DNA from: an uncultured Acidobacteriaceae bacterium
GTDB taxonomy: Bacteria > Acidobacteriota > Terriglobia > Terriglobales > Acidobacteriaceae
Direction: 5' to 3'
Assembly (NCBI GenBank): GCA_963806195.1
Contig: CAWDXI010000002.1
Span: 1,335,493 to 1,399,492 of the forward strand
Length of the DNA: 64,000 nt
The stretch's first letter is position 1. The number at the start of each line of letters is the position of its first letter. Made by a program: the position numbers and the translations under genes. This document shows positions 26,362 to 36,011 of this stretch, one piece after another. The notes beneath the pieces were generated by a model. That model saw nothing but the letters and a program-made list of their open reading frames with translations. It was not told the origin of the DNA and ran no database searches.

Positions 26362-27252
26362 ATGCTAGGAGGAGCTAAGCCTAAAGGGATTTCGCTCCAT
26401 ATCGGATTGAATCGAGTTGACCCTATTCACTATGCAGGCTGGAAGGGAGAGCTAGGGGCCTGCGAGAACGACGCTCGTGACATGGAAACAATTGCCAGAA
26501 GCCAGGGTTTTGTCGCTCAATCGTTGCTCACGAAAGACGCAACGTCCACTGCGCTGCTGGGTCTAATCGAAAAGGCGGCGAAAGAGTTGGTCGAAGACGA
26601 CTTCTTCTTGCTGACCTACTCGGGCCACGGTGGCCAAATTAATGATGCCGGGAGCGACGAACCGGACGGGTTGGATGAAACCTGGGTGCTTTTTGACCGC
26701 CAACTGGTGGATGATGAGCTGTACGCAGCCTGGTCGATGTTTCGGCCTAGCGTACGCATCCTTGTATTGGCGGACAGCTGTAACAGTGGGACGATGACAA
26801 AAGCGACGTTGCTAGACCCTGGTCCGTACATGTCACATCTCGATGCCAGGGTGCGTGCGAGCACAGGCGCAAACCTGAGACCGAGATTTCTGCCGCCGGA
26901 CGTGCAGGCCAAGATTTACAAGGAGCGGGCGACCCTGTACGACGACATTCGCAAGAAGACCCCACGAAGAGAGAGAGTCAACGCGGAATGCAGCGTGATT
27001 CTGATCTCCGCCTGTCAAGACAACCAGGTAGCCATGGAGGGAATCAAGAATGGCATTTTCACTGAAACGTTGGTGAGAGTGTGGAACAAGGGCAGGTTCG
27101 CAGGCGGCTACCACCACTTCCGCAATGAGATTGCGAGTATGATGCCGCCGACCCAAAGCCCGAAATACACGATCATTGGCCATCGCGAGCGTGCTTTTGA
27201 ACGCCAGCGACCGTTTTCGATTATTGTGCCGCGCGCGGCCGCCGCGGCGTGA
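26362..27252 (+). CDS. Caspase-family (peptidase C14) protease, stand-alone
   Basis: The ATG at 26362 is preceded by GAAGGAGG. The catalytic dyad contexts are FLLTYSGHGGQ (His) and ILVLADSCNSGT (Cys). About 296 aa with no recognisable extra domains. Confidence 0.9.
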   Translation: MLGGAKPKGISLHIGLNRVDPIHYAGWKGELGACENDARDMETIARSQGFVAQSLLTKDATSTALLGLIEKAAKELVEDDFFLLTYSGHGGQINDAGSDEPDGLDETWVLFDRQLVDDELYAAWSMFRPSVRILVLADSCNSGTMTKATLLDPGPYMSHLDARVRASTGANLRPRFLPPDVQAKIYKERATLYDDIRKKTPRRERVNAECSVILISACQDNQVAMEGIKNGIFTETLVRVWNKGRFAGGYHHFRNEIASMMPPTQSPKYTIIGHRERAFERQRPFSIIVPRAAAAA

Positions 27253-27297
27253 ACGCCATCGAGAGTGTTTTTCTCGGGGATGTGAAGCTGGCAAGCA

Positions 27298-27564
27298 TCA
27301 AAGAAGGGCCTTGTCATCGCGGATTGTACAAATCGTGGGCCCTGCGCAAGGAGTCAGTGATCGAAACAAGTCCGGTCCGATTCGACCGTAAGAGTGCGAC
27401 ACTGTTAGGAGTTCGATTGCTTCCACTTCAGAGCTGGAGGGACTTTCCAGCGCCGTTAGTTGGAAGAGAGCGTTGGTATACGCTTCAAGTTCCGCGTCAT
27501 TGTGTATAATGTGGGGAGCGCCTTGCGCAATCATTTCCGCAGGGTTTGCGAGGCCTGTGCTCAT
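27298..27564 (-). pseudogene. Remnant of a HigA-type (XRE) antitoxin N-terminal region
   Basis: PHIIHNDAELEAYTNALFQLTALESPSSSEVEAIELLT resembles the N-terminal helix bundle of HigA-like antitoxins (I-x-x-E-x-x-Y...L..L..........E...ELL). The expected HTH part is missing or garbled. Confidence 0.4.
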
Positions 27565-27684
27565 CTTGTTCCAAACCTCCCGTGTAGCTGCTTGTCGTCT
27601 TCTGACGAACCCAATTCATGGGATTAGCCGACTCGTCGCAAGGGATAAGCCCATAGCGTTGTCCGTGTTTGTAGACCAAATTCA

Positions 27685-29409
27685 TCACACGCCGGATTTT
27701 GTCCAGAGTGGGGTTCTCAAGCCGAGCCCAAACTCCTCGATGGAAATGTCTCTTATGCGGAACTTCTGAATTTTACCCGTCACGGTCATGGGAAAATCGT
27801 CAGTGATTTTCAAATAGTGGGGTATCTTGAAATCGGCAATCTTTCCCTTACAGAAGGCCTTCAGTTCGTCCATTGCTAAAGTACAGCCGGGTTTCAATTT
27901 GATCCACGCGGCCGCCACTTCTCCAAATTTACGGTCAGGCACGCCCACTATTTGTACGCCCACGATCGCCGGGTGAGAGTAGAGGAATTCCTCCACCTCG
28001 CGCGGATAGATATTTTCGCCGCCGCGGATGATCACGTCCTTGGCGCGACCGGTGATCCTGAAATATCCTCGCACATCGAGAACTGCGATGTCGCCGCTGT
28101 GGAGCCAACTGTCTTCGTCGATTGCCTCTTTGGTCGCCTCGGGATTCTTGTAGTAACCCTTCATGACGAGATATCCCCGCGTGCACAGTTCGCCCGCGGT
28201 CCCGATGGGAACCGTCTCCTTTGTCAGGGGATCAATAATTTTGACTTCCGTATGCGGAAGAACTTTACCAACAGTCTCGACCCTCAATTCGATCGGATCG
28301 TCGGGCGTGGTTTGCGTAATACCGGGGGACGATTCCGTCAAACCATAAACGATGGTGAGGTCGCGGCAGTGCATGTCGTGGACCACCCGCTTCATGATTT
28401 CGACCGGACACGGCGAGCCTGCCATAATGCCAGTGCGCAACGACTGTAGGTTGAACTCAGGAAATCTAGGATGTTCTAATTCCTCGATGAACATCGTTGG
28501 AACGCCGTGCAATGCAGTGCAGCGCTCCTCTTGTACGGCCAACAAAGTCAGCAGGGGATCGAACGAGGCCGCAGGGATCACCATCGTCGCGGCACTCGCC
28601 ACACACGCCATGTTCGCTAACACCATTCCAAAACAGTGGTAAAAGGGCACGGGAATGCAGAGGCGATCCCGATGCGCGAAACGCATCGCGTTGGCGACTA
28701 GTTGACCATTGTTCGCGATGTTCCGATGAGAAAGCATTGCGCCCTTCGGCCGTCCGGTGGTGCCGGAAGTGTATTGAATGTTCACCGCATCGTCGATGTG
28801 CAGGGCGGATTCCCGCTCCCTCAGGAGATTGCACGAAACCGACTCACCGGCGGCCAAGAGATTGGACCAGAGCATGGTTCCGGGAACGGGCGAAACTCCC
28901 AGAAAAATTAGGTTCTTGAGGTCGGGCAGGGAGAGCGATGAACGGTTTCCATGCTCACGGGCTGCCAAATCTCCACAAATTTCTTGCAACGTTGTAACGT
29001 AATTAATGTCGCGGAATCCCTCGGCAAACAGCAGGGTCTGGGTTTCAGACTGCCGCAGTACATGTTTCAATTCGAAAGCCCGGTTCGCGGGGTTAATGTT
29101 CACCAGTATGGCGCCAACCTTCGCGGTGGCAAACTGGGTTATTACCCATTCGGCACAATTGGGTGACCAGATCCCCACCCGATCCCCTTTCTTGACCCCG
29201 AGATGCAGCAAGCCTCGGGCGGTGAGGTCGACTTGTTCCAGGAATTGCCGGTAGGAATAGCGCTTCTTCTGGTGGCATGAGATCAGGCAGTCCTCGTTCG
29301 GATGCTTGTTGGCCGAATCGTCGAGAACTTCACCTATGCATTTGTCCAGCAGAGCCACTTCAGAGCTACCGCAAACATAGCTCAAGCAATCGTTAGTTTG
29401 GAATGCCAT
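27685..29409 (-). CDS. AMP-dependent acyl-CoA synthetase/ligase
   Basis: 574 aa: NIQYTSGTTGRPKGAMLSHRN (AMP-binding motif), YGLTESSPG, GELCTRGYLVMKGYY, WLHSGDIA, GRAKDVIIRGGENIYPREVEE and GKIQKF. Confidence 0.92.
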   Translation of the reverse strand: MAFQTNDCLSYVCGSSEVALLDKCIGEVLDDSANKHPNEDCLISCHQKKRYSYRQFLEQVDLTARGLLHLGVKKGDRVGIWSPNCAEWVITQFATAKVGAILVNINPANRAFELKHVLRQSETQTLLFAEGFRDINYVTTLQEICGDLAAREHGNRSSLSLPDLKNLIFLGVSPVPGTMLWSNLLAAGESVSCNLLRERESALHIDDAVNIQYTSGTTGRPKGAMLSHRNIANNGQLVANAMRFAHRDRLCIPVPFYHCFGMVLANMACVASAATMVIPAASFDPLLTLLAVQEERCTALHGVPTMFIEELEHPRFPEFNLQSLRTGIMAGSPCPVEIMKRVVHDMHCRDLTIVYGLTESSPGITQTTPDDPIELRVETVGKVLPHTEVKIIDPLTKETVPIGTAGELCTRGYLVMKGYYKNPEATKEAIDEDSWLHSGDIAVLDVRGYFRITGRAKDVIIRGGENIYPREVEEFLYSHPAIVGVQIVGVPDRKFGEVAAAWIKLKPGCTLAMDELKAFCKGKIADFKIPHYLKITDDFPMTVTGKIQKFRIRDISIEEFGLGLRTPLWTKSGV

Positions 29410-29629
29410 ATCCTCGGCCTCAGCAGTCTCAATGATCCGGCCTGCATTGTTCGCTTAGCTCGTACTGCCATCGGACAAAAAGGAGAGAGGCAGGTCCGTT
29501 GTGCGGGAACATATTCTGCGTTTTAGAATCCGGAAAGTCAAGAGCAACGCGCCAAAGAACCTTCCTGCGATTAGCCGTTTGTGAGTGGAACCCTTTAAAT
29601 TGGAGTGATCGATGCTGAGGCCATTTTTC

Positions 29630-31189
29630 TTACAGCGCCGGCCACAACGATTCCCACACTTTGAATTCATTGTGAATTCCGGATTGCTCTGCTACCGTTT
29701 TTTGACCGGAAGCGACGGCAATTGTTTCCTCGAAGATTCGCCTTCCTACATCTTCCACCGTCTCGGTACGGTCCAATACAGTTCCGGCGTTAATGTCCAT
29801 ATCCTCGTTGTTCTTCCAAAGCAGCGTATTGGAGCTGACCTTCACAACCGGGCCCAGCGCATTACCAATGCCCGTGCCTCGGCCGGTTGTAAATAACGCT
29901 ACCTGTGCTCCACTTAGGAACAACGCGGGCGTGGAGAGCTGGTCATACCCGGGGGTGTACAACACGTAGAGTCCCCTTCGTTTCCCCAACCATTCGCCGT
30001 ATTCGAGCAGTCCTTCGACAGTAGTGGTTCCACCTTTGGCTTTTGCTCCGGTAGATTTGAGGTAGATGTTATAGAGCCCACCCTTTTTGTTGCCGGGTGT
30101 GGGATTCTCCGCGAAGTTCTCCCCGAACAGCTCGACATACTTCTGGAAGCGGTCGAGGGAGTCCATCAATTTGTGGCCAACCTGGGGATTGCGCGCCCGA
30201 CGCACCAGGTCGATCATCGCCGCACCCTGGAGTTCCGGAATTTCCGGCAGAAATACAGCGCCGCCGGCCTTCACGAACATGTCGGCCGCTACTCCGACAG
30301 CGGGATTCGCCGTTAGTCCAGACCAGCGGTCCGATCCGCCGCACTTTGTTCCCACGATCAAGTTTGAAATGGAAACCGGTTTTCGTGAGAACTTATTCGC
30401 GTACTCCAGGAGTCCTTCAATTACTTCAAGACCTTTCAGGATCGTCTTACGGCTCCCTCCTTGTTGCTGCACCGTCATGTTTACGACCCGTTGGTTGTAA
30501 TTGGGGATCCGATTCTGAAACAGCGGCACCGAGCATTCCACGCAAGTTTTCCCACAGCCTAGATCCAGGTAGATAGCGCTGCCCAGATTTGGATGCTTCA
30601 AAGTATTGGTCAGAAGCTGATTGAGAAGCGTAAGACCGGCGCCATCCGGCATGCCGCATCCAGATTCGTGCACGACCGCAACCACTCCGTCCACATTGGG
30701 ATGCTTTTCCCGGGAATAGATTTCGTGCATGGCCCTCCAGGCGATTTCACGGGCCTCTGTGGACGAGCACATCCCGGACGTAACAATGCCTACGATGTTT
30801 CTTGTTCCTACGGTTCCGTCGTCACGCACGTACCCATCAAAGGTGCGGGCCGCCAATTCCGGCACGGTTGCTGCGGAAGGGTTTTCGCGGTAAGCAACCT
30901 CGAGCTGCGGCAGTTCGGCCGCGAAGTTTTCTTCTTCAATCGAATCGCCGGGCTGCATGGTTTGAGCGGCGATTCCAAAGGGATCCCCCAGAGTGATGTA
31001 CGGTTCGCCCTTTGGGATCGATTGAATGGCGAAGCTCTGGCCCCGCTGTGCCCTTCTGATCATGGTGATCAGGCGATCTGAATATCGAAGTTGGGCGCCC
31101 CGATCCAGAAAATCAACGGCTACCACCGCTACGTTGTCCGAGGCGGGACGACCGACAATTGCTACGTCTTCGAGATTCATAGTTTCCAT
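29630..31189 (-). CDS. UxaA-family sugar-acid dehydratase (altronate/galactarate dehydratase family)
   Basis: 519 aa. An N-terminal SAF-like part (VAVVAVDFLDRGAQL...FAIQSIPKGEPYI) is followed by FDGYVRDDGTVGTRNIVGIV, VVAVVHESGCG, VGTKCGGSDRWSGLTANPAVG, FLPEIPEL and LFTTGRGT. Confidence 0.9.
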   Translation of the reverse strand: METMNLEDVAIVGRPASDNVAVVAVDFLDRGAQLRYSDRLITMIRRAQRGQSFAIQSIPKGEPYITLGDPFGIAAQTMQPGDSIEEENFAAELPQLEVAYRENPSAATVPELAARTFDGYVRDDGTVGTRNIVGIVTSGMCSSTEAREIAWRAMHEIYSREKHPNVDGVVAVVHESGCGMPDGAGLTLLNQLLTNTLKHPNLGSAIYLDLGCGKTCVECSVPLFQNRIPNYNQRVVNMTVQQQGGSRKTILKGLEVIEGLLEYANKFSRKPVSISNLIVGTKCGGSDRWSGLTANPAVGVAADMFVKAGGAVFLPEIPELQGAAMIDLVRRARNPQVGHKLMDSLDRFQKYVELFGENFAENPTPGNKKGGLYNIYLKSTGAKAKGGTTTVEGLLEYGEWLGKRRGLYVLYTPGYDQLSTPALFLSGAQVALFTTGRGTGIGNALGPVVKVSSNTLLWKNNEDMDINAGTVLDRTETVEDVGRRIFEETIAVASGQKTVAEQSGIHNEFKVWESLWPAL

Positions 31190-31512
31190 TGCAAAGGCTG
31201 CCTAGAGTTAATTTCGTCGTTCTCTAATATTAATGCCGCGCGCCCCGGTTCGATCGAGGACATAGAAGCGCCGGTTCCGGAAATTTCCGCAATGGTTTTC
31301 GTTTCTCCAGGGGCAATGCGGACGAAATCAAAGTTGCCGCCTTTGCGGTCGTAGGATGAGATTCGCGCCGTCTCATTATCTTGCAGGACGAACAGATTAT
31401 CGAGAAGCCGGCCATCTTCTGAGGTCGTCTGCGCATGCAGTGATAACGGAACCAGTAAACCGGCAGCACAATACACAAGAGAAAATAGTTGCTGAATGCC
31501 AATTCTCAACAT
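31177..31512 (-). pseudogene. N-terminal fragment of a GH172/DUF2961 paralogue
   Basis: A signal peptide plus LLDNLFVLQDNETARISSYDRKGGNFDFVRIAPGETKTIAEISGTG parallels VLDNLFVVRDTKTIRISSYDRKGGNEDFIRIAPGETKTIAEIPGTG of the neighbouring full-length gene. It then diverges and stops 12 nt inside the uxaA-family ORF. Confidence 0.6.
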
Positions 31513-31575
31513 GTTCCTATCCCTTGTGAACGAGGCTCCTAGTGAGACAGTCTCGTCGATTGGTCTTACGCAAAA

Positions 31576-31605
31576 TCAGGCGCGTGTTTCACTCGGCGCG
31601 CCTGA
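31576..31605 (-). terminator. Rho-independent terminator after the GH172 gene
   Basis: On the minus strand the hairpin is TCAGGCGCG-(12 nt)-CGCGCCTGA, followed by TTTTG, 40 nt after the stop at 31645. Confidence 0.55.
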
Positions 31606-31644
31606 AAGGCTTCCAAGGTCGTTTTGCGACTTGGAAGACATCCC

Positions 31645-33024
31645 TTAGTTGGTGCCCGCGGGAGTACCTTGGCGATATTTTTCTGCGATCTTATCCGCAG
31701 CGTTTACATCGCGAATAAAATCGTCGTATTTCAAACTGTGGAATTCCTTGTTCCGGGCGATTTCTAGTTGTTGCCACAGCGCACCATCCTCTGGGCTGAG
31801 CTTGATCTTGCCAGAAGATAAGATACCCGCCACCTGGCCCCGCAGTGCGGTTTCTTTTTCCAGAGCTTCGGATACGCCATCCGGCCACAACGGCAGGCGG
31901 TCCTTTGCGGCGGGCATGGGCGGAAATGCCTTATGCGGCTCTATCTGATACCAAAAGGCAGTCGAGGTATAGGAGTTCTCAAAATTATTGTTGTGCCCGT
32001 GCTCGATTGTGACCCTGATGTCTTTTTGAAACACAACGGGTTCGTTTACATAGAAGTGATACATTTGGTTTTTTCCGTGCCAGGGCGTCTTTAGGTCTTC
32101 AATCAAATAAAAACCAGTGTACAGTCCGGAAAACTCTTTATCGGGACACGCTCCAGCATTGAAGATTTCCTCATGTCCGGTGCCGGAGTAGGTCGGCGGC
32201 CATTTCGCGCCGTCGATGAAAATCATGTCATCTCCTTCGCCGTACCATCCTCCGGGAAGGTTATCTACGGTAAGAAACAGGCCGACGTAAGTTCCACGGC
32301 CTGCGGCATCGAGCACCAAGTAGTTATCGTCACCGGTAAGGTTGAAGCCACTACTTTCCTGAGTATTTTTCTTCACGTCGGATTTTACCGGAGTTCTCAG
32401 CACGTTACGCCACTGGGCATGAAAGCGACCCGAGTTCGGGGGCAACTTTCCGTCCGGGTACTGCTCATACTCAATATGGTAGTAGAGAATGTAATCCTTG
32501 ATCCCGCCATCGTTTTCGACCGTAATGCGCGCTCCCTTTGCGAATGGCATGGGCAAATAGGACACCATGCCGTCAAAGTCAAAGCCATCAAAGCCGGGGT
32601 TCACGTCCATGGCGACCGAATGGAACTGTCTGAGCGTCCCCAAGCCAGAGCCGAAGAAATCGCCTAGAGGCACCTCGACACAGGGGTCTTTCTGACCGTC
32701 CCAGTACATGCGCAGTATTACTTTGCGGAAGCGCATTCGGTCTCCGGCATAAGGGGCCATGTAAAACCGCCGGATAACTCCTGTTCCCGGGATTTCGGCT
32801 ATGGTCTTGGTTTCTCCAGGAGCAATCCTGATGAAATCCTCATTGCCGCCCTTGCGATCATAGGAGGAGATACGAATCGTCTTGGTGTCTCGAACCACGA
32901 AGAGGTTGTCGAGAACCCGTGGCTCGGCGGGTTGCCCGGCTTGTGCATGCAGTGCAAGCGGCGAGGCAAGAATCCACGCGAAGCATAAGCAGGAGAGCAG
33001 ACGGGCAATACTCGTTCTTATCAT
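31645..33024 (-). CDS. Secreted GH172 (DUF2961) family glycoside hydrolase
   Basis: The ATG at 33024 gives MIRTSIARLLSCLCFAWILASPLALHAQ. Family blocks are ISSYDRKGGNEDF, RIAPGETKTIAEIPGTGVIRRFYM, ILRMYWDG, VPLGDFFG, YLPMPF, YYHIEY, GRGTYVGLFLTVDN, GWYGEGDDMIFIDG, GTGHEE and TAFWYQ. Confidence 0.9.
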   Translation of the reverse strand: MIRTSIARLLSCLCFAWILASPLALHAQAGQPAEPRVLDNLFVVRDTKTIRISSYDRKGGNEDFIRIAPGETKTIAEIPGTGVIRRFYMAPYAGDRMRFRKVILRMYWDGQKDPCVEVPLGDFFGSGLGTLRQFHSVAMDVNPGFDGFDFDGMVSYLPMPFAKGARITVENDGGIKDYILYYHIEYEQYPDGKLPPNSGRFHAQWRNVLRTPVKSDVKKNTQESSGFNLTGDDNYLVLDAAGRGTYVGLFLTVDNLPGGWYGEGDDMIFIDGAKWPPTYSGTGHEEIFNAGACPDKEFSGLYTGFYLIEDLKTPWHGKNQMYHFYVNEPVVFQKDIRVTIEHGHNNNFENSYTSTAFWYQIEPHKAFPPMPAAKDRLPLWPDGVSEALEKETALRGQVAGILSSGKIKLSPEDGALWQQLEIARNKEFHSLKYDDFIRDVNAADKIAEKYRQGTPAGTN

Positions 33025-33133
33025 GTAGTCCCCCAAGGCGGAGCTGGAGATGAGTGAGATTAGGGAATTGCGACACGCAGAAAAAGCCTCCAGCCGCCAT
33101 TTTGACTGGCAGCTGAAGGCCTGGAAACGTTCT

Positions 33134-34084
33134 TTACCGCTTTGCACCAACCGGCTCTTCTTGAGCGGAGCCTGCCTGCAACAGCTCTGGATGAATCCGC
33201 TGAATGAGTTCCTCCATGATCTGCACGTTGCGGACTTTTTGTCGCGCCAGATCAGCCAGGCTCTCTTCGCTGCTCCACGGCTTGCAGAGGTCAGCCACTG
33301 ACTTTCCAGGCTCCTGCTTCAAATAGCAGGGGGCGCAAATTCGGCAAATTTCCGGCACTTCCCAGGGACGATACCAGCCCCCCTGTGAATCAAAAATCGA
33401 TATATGGAGGTCCATCGGAATCTTGATGGTCTTTCGAATCGCTCCCAGCATGGGCAGAGTAAGATCCGGTAGCGGATTCCAAGTGTCCGCTCCAAGATTC
33501 TCAACTACCTTGGCACCGGCAGGATTCGCATGTCCCGTGAACACCGATACCTTGAAGAAGCAATCCTGTGGAATCTTGCCTTGGCGGCGCATTTCGACCA
33601 ACACCATCAGCAGACCTTCATCCCAAACCAGGAATCCCCGCACTCCGGCTTCCATGGCACGCATCATGTCAGCAATGGTGTAGGACAGGTAATCAGCTCC
33701 TCTTACCCGGATTCCACTGTATGCTCCCTCAGGAGTGGCCGACATTTTGCCGATATCCCAAAACACGCGCGGCCCAGGCAAAATCACGAGCTCGGTTTCT
33801 TCGTCGGCGGCCATGTTTGCCATGTCCCGGAGTTCGTCCATGGTTAGCAACGTGGCGCCCATGGTCACGGCAATTACGCGGTGAATCTTGACCTTGTACT
33901 TGCGAGCTTCGTCCTGCATGGCGCGAAGTGTGGAAGGCCTCTCGATGCTGGAAATTTCGTTGCGATAAACGGCCCCGTCAGGAAAGCGGAGCGGAGAGGT
34001 CGGCAGTTCATAGGCATCCCGAGGTGGGATGTTGATAGTGGACATGAACTTCTGCATTTCTTCGAAATCAAACTTGAAGGACAT
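33134..34084 (-). CDS. Conserved hypothetical protein, family not recognised
   Basis: The ATG at 34084 gives MSFKFDFEEMQKFMSTINIPPRDAYELPTSPLRFPDGAVYRNEISS...VKIHRVIAVTMGATLL...GFLVWDEGLLMVLVEMRRQGKIP. It lies inside the sugar-acid operon. An alternating beta/alpha pattern suggests a barrel enzyme (inference). Confidence 0.7.
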   Translation of the reverse strand: MSFKFDFEEMQKFMSTINIPPRDAYELPTSPLRFPDGAVYRNEISSIERPSTLRAMQDEARKYKVKIHRVIAVTMGATLLTMDELRDMANMAADEETELVILPGPRVFWDIGKMSATPEGAYSGIRVRGADYLSYTIADMMRAMEAGVRGFLVWDEGLLMVLVEMRRQGKIPQDCFFKVSVFTGHANPAGAKVVENLGADTWNPLPDLTLPMLGAIRKTIKIPMDLHISIFDSQGGWYRPWEVPEICRICAPCYLKQEPGKSVADLCKPWSSEESLADLARQKVRNVQIMEELIQRIHPELLQAGSAQEEPVGAKR

Positions 34085-34360
34085 TGCTTTCTCTCGTTGT
34101 TCCATAATATAGAAGCAAATCACGCTACTCAGAACCGCGATCTTAGTCGAACTTAAAGAACGATGTCAAGTCCGAAAACCTCAACGTTCCGAAAACCTCA
34201 ACGAAAGGAGGCCCTCCGGCGCACGAATCAAGCGGACAGCGCAGCCGCTCGCCGCACTTTTCCGTTCGCCTCGGACGAGAGGACGAGACGGCTTCCGGTC
34301 AGGAACAAACGCACCAGGTACCTGAAAGATTGTGGATGAAGACTTGGAAGGAGAAAGAGG

Positions 34361-35197
34361 TCAGCGTCTGAGCTTCGCCATCAGACCCTGTGCGCCGGCT
34401 AGAAACATGCCTGCATCGATGTTGACGGTGAGGTAAGAAACCCCCAACTCCCGGTATTCGTTGGCAGTTTCGGCATCGTCACAATAAGTTCCGAGCCTCT
34501 TCCCTAGCCGCGTTGCCATGGCCGCCGCAGAGGAAATAGCCTCTTTCACACGGACATCCCGGATTTGGCCGGGAATACCCAAAGACTGAGATAAATCGTA
34601 AGGTCCCACAAATGCGCAATCAATGCCTTCGACGTGCAGGATGGATTCCAGGTTCCCTATACCCTCCGTGCCCTCAACCTGGGCCACCAGTAAGGTTTCG
34701 TCATTGGCAGTCGTTAAATACTCGGCGGTGGCAAACGAACGATAGCTGGCTGCCCGTACGTACGGTTGAATGCCACGTTCGCCGAGCGGATGATATCGGG
34801 TAGCCTGCACGACAGACCGGGCCATTTCGGCAGAACTGACATGCGGCACGTGAATCCCGGCTGCTCCCTGGTCCAGAGGCTGCGCCATGATAGCGGCCGA
34901 CGAATGCTCCGCCACCCGAATCAGAACGCTAATTTCGCTGGAAAGCGATGCGCGAACTAGTTGTTCGCACTGGTCCCTATCAATGGGGCCGTGTTCGCAA
35001 TCTACGACCGCGAAATCGAACCCCGCCAGCCCCAGCAGTTCGACAATCGGTGGCGCAGGAATTTCGATAAACGTGCCGAATACACATTGTTTCTCGCGTA
35101 ATTTTAGCTTCAAAGAGTTGGTGCGGAGATGTGGGGGCGTAGCAGCGCTAGGCAAGAGCTGCCTCCAAGTGCTTACTCGTTTGGTAGCCAAGATCAC
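34361..35197 (-). CDS. HpcH/HpaI-family 2-keto-3-deoxy-acid aldolase
   Basis: VFGTFIEIPAPPIVELLGLAGFDFAVVDCEHGPID, GAAGIHVPHVSSAEMA, YHPLGERG, LVAQVEGTEGIGNLESIL and FVGPYDLSQSLG. The start is uncertain. The TTG at 35113 (MKLKLREKQ...) would avoid the 50-nt overlap with the IclR gene. Confidence 0.87.
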   Translation of the reverse strand: MILATKRVSTWRQLLPSAATPPHLRTNSLKLKLREKQCVFGTFIEIPAPPIVELLGLAGFDFAVVDCEHGPIDRDQCEQLVRASLSSEISVLIRVAEHSSAAIMAQPLDQGAAGIHVPHVSSAEMARSVVQATRYHPLGERGIQPYVRAASYRSFATAEYLTTANDETLLVAQVEGTEGIGNLESILHVEGIDCAFVGPYDLSQSLGIPGQIRDVRVKEAISSAAAMATRLGKRLGTYCDDAETANEYRELGVSYLTVNIDAGMFLAGAQGLMAKLRR

Positions 35198-36011
35198 CCG
35201 ACAGTTCTTGCGCGGCGTCCAGGAGAAGCACCTTGAATTCCTGCATCTGCTTTGAACTCACGCGATTTTTTGGAAATGCGATGCTGATGGCAGCAATGGT
35301 CTTGCCGTCGTGAGTCCGCACCGGCGCGGCCATGCAAACGACTCCAGGAAAAGTTTCCTCGTATTCGAATACAACTCCGGCGCTACGATTTTTGTCGATG
35401 TGATCGAGCAATGCAGAAACCGTCGAAATGCTTTTCTTCGTGGGAGCTTCTAGTTTCGCAGTCTTTCCGTAGAGACGCACCAACTCCACCCGGGAAAGGC
35501 TGCATAGCAGCGCTTTTCCTAGTGCCGTGCAATGGGCCGGCAATCTCTTACCCACGGTTCCGGTCATGCGCAAGGGGGCATTGGATTCTTTGATTACCAG
35601 GTAAAGTACGGACTTGCCGTCCAGCAGGCCAAGGTTGCAAGTTTCTCCCGTCTCTCGAGCCAGTCGTGAAACGATGGCCGCGCCGTATCGCACAAGAAGG
35701 CTCTGATGACTCAATTGCTCGCTGAGCTGCAAGACCCTCGCACCCAGGATGTAGCGGGAAGAGTAGGGTTCGAGCCAGACAAAATCGTGGTCGCGCAGCG
35801 TTCCCAAGAGGCGGTGAACCGTGCTCTTCCCAATTCGCAGCTTGGCACTGATCTCGGTCAGGGTGCTTCCACTTTCTACTGTCCCCAGATACACCAGAAT
35901 TCCCAGCGCCTTGATGAGGGACTTTACCGGATATTTGTTGTCAGGATTCAACGTGTGTCCACCTGTCGCATCGTTTTCAGCCCTTTCAATGGGCGGAAGG
36001 CCGGGCGTCAA
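35148..36011 (-). CDS. IclR-family transcriptional regulator
   Basis: VKSLIKALGILVYLG...STLTEISAKLRIGKSTVHRLLGTL is the wHTH. The effector domain follows: CNLGLLDGKSVLYL...GKRLPAHCTALGKALL...FEYEETFPGVVCMAAPV. Confidence 0.92.
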   Translation of the reverse strand: MTPGLPPIERAENDATGGHTLNPDNKYPVKSLIKALGILVYLGTVESGSTLTEISAKLRIGKSTVHRLLGTLRDHDFVWLEPYSSRYILGARVLQLSEQLSHQSLLVRYGAAIVSRLARETGETCNLGLLDGKSVLYLVIKESNAPLRMTGTVGKRLPAHCTALGKALLCSLSRVELVRLYGKTAKLEAPTKKSISTVSALLDHIDKNRSAGVVFEYEETFPGVVCMAAPVRTHDGKTIAAISIAFPKNRVSSKQMQEFKVLLLDAAQELSGDLGYQTSKHLEAALA

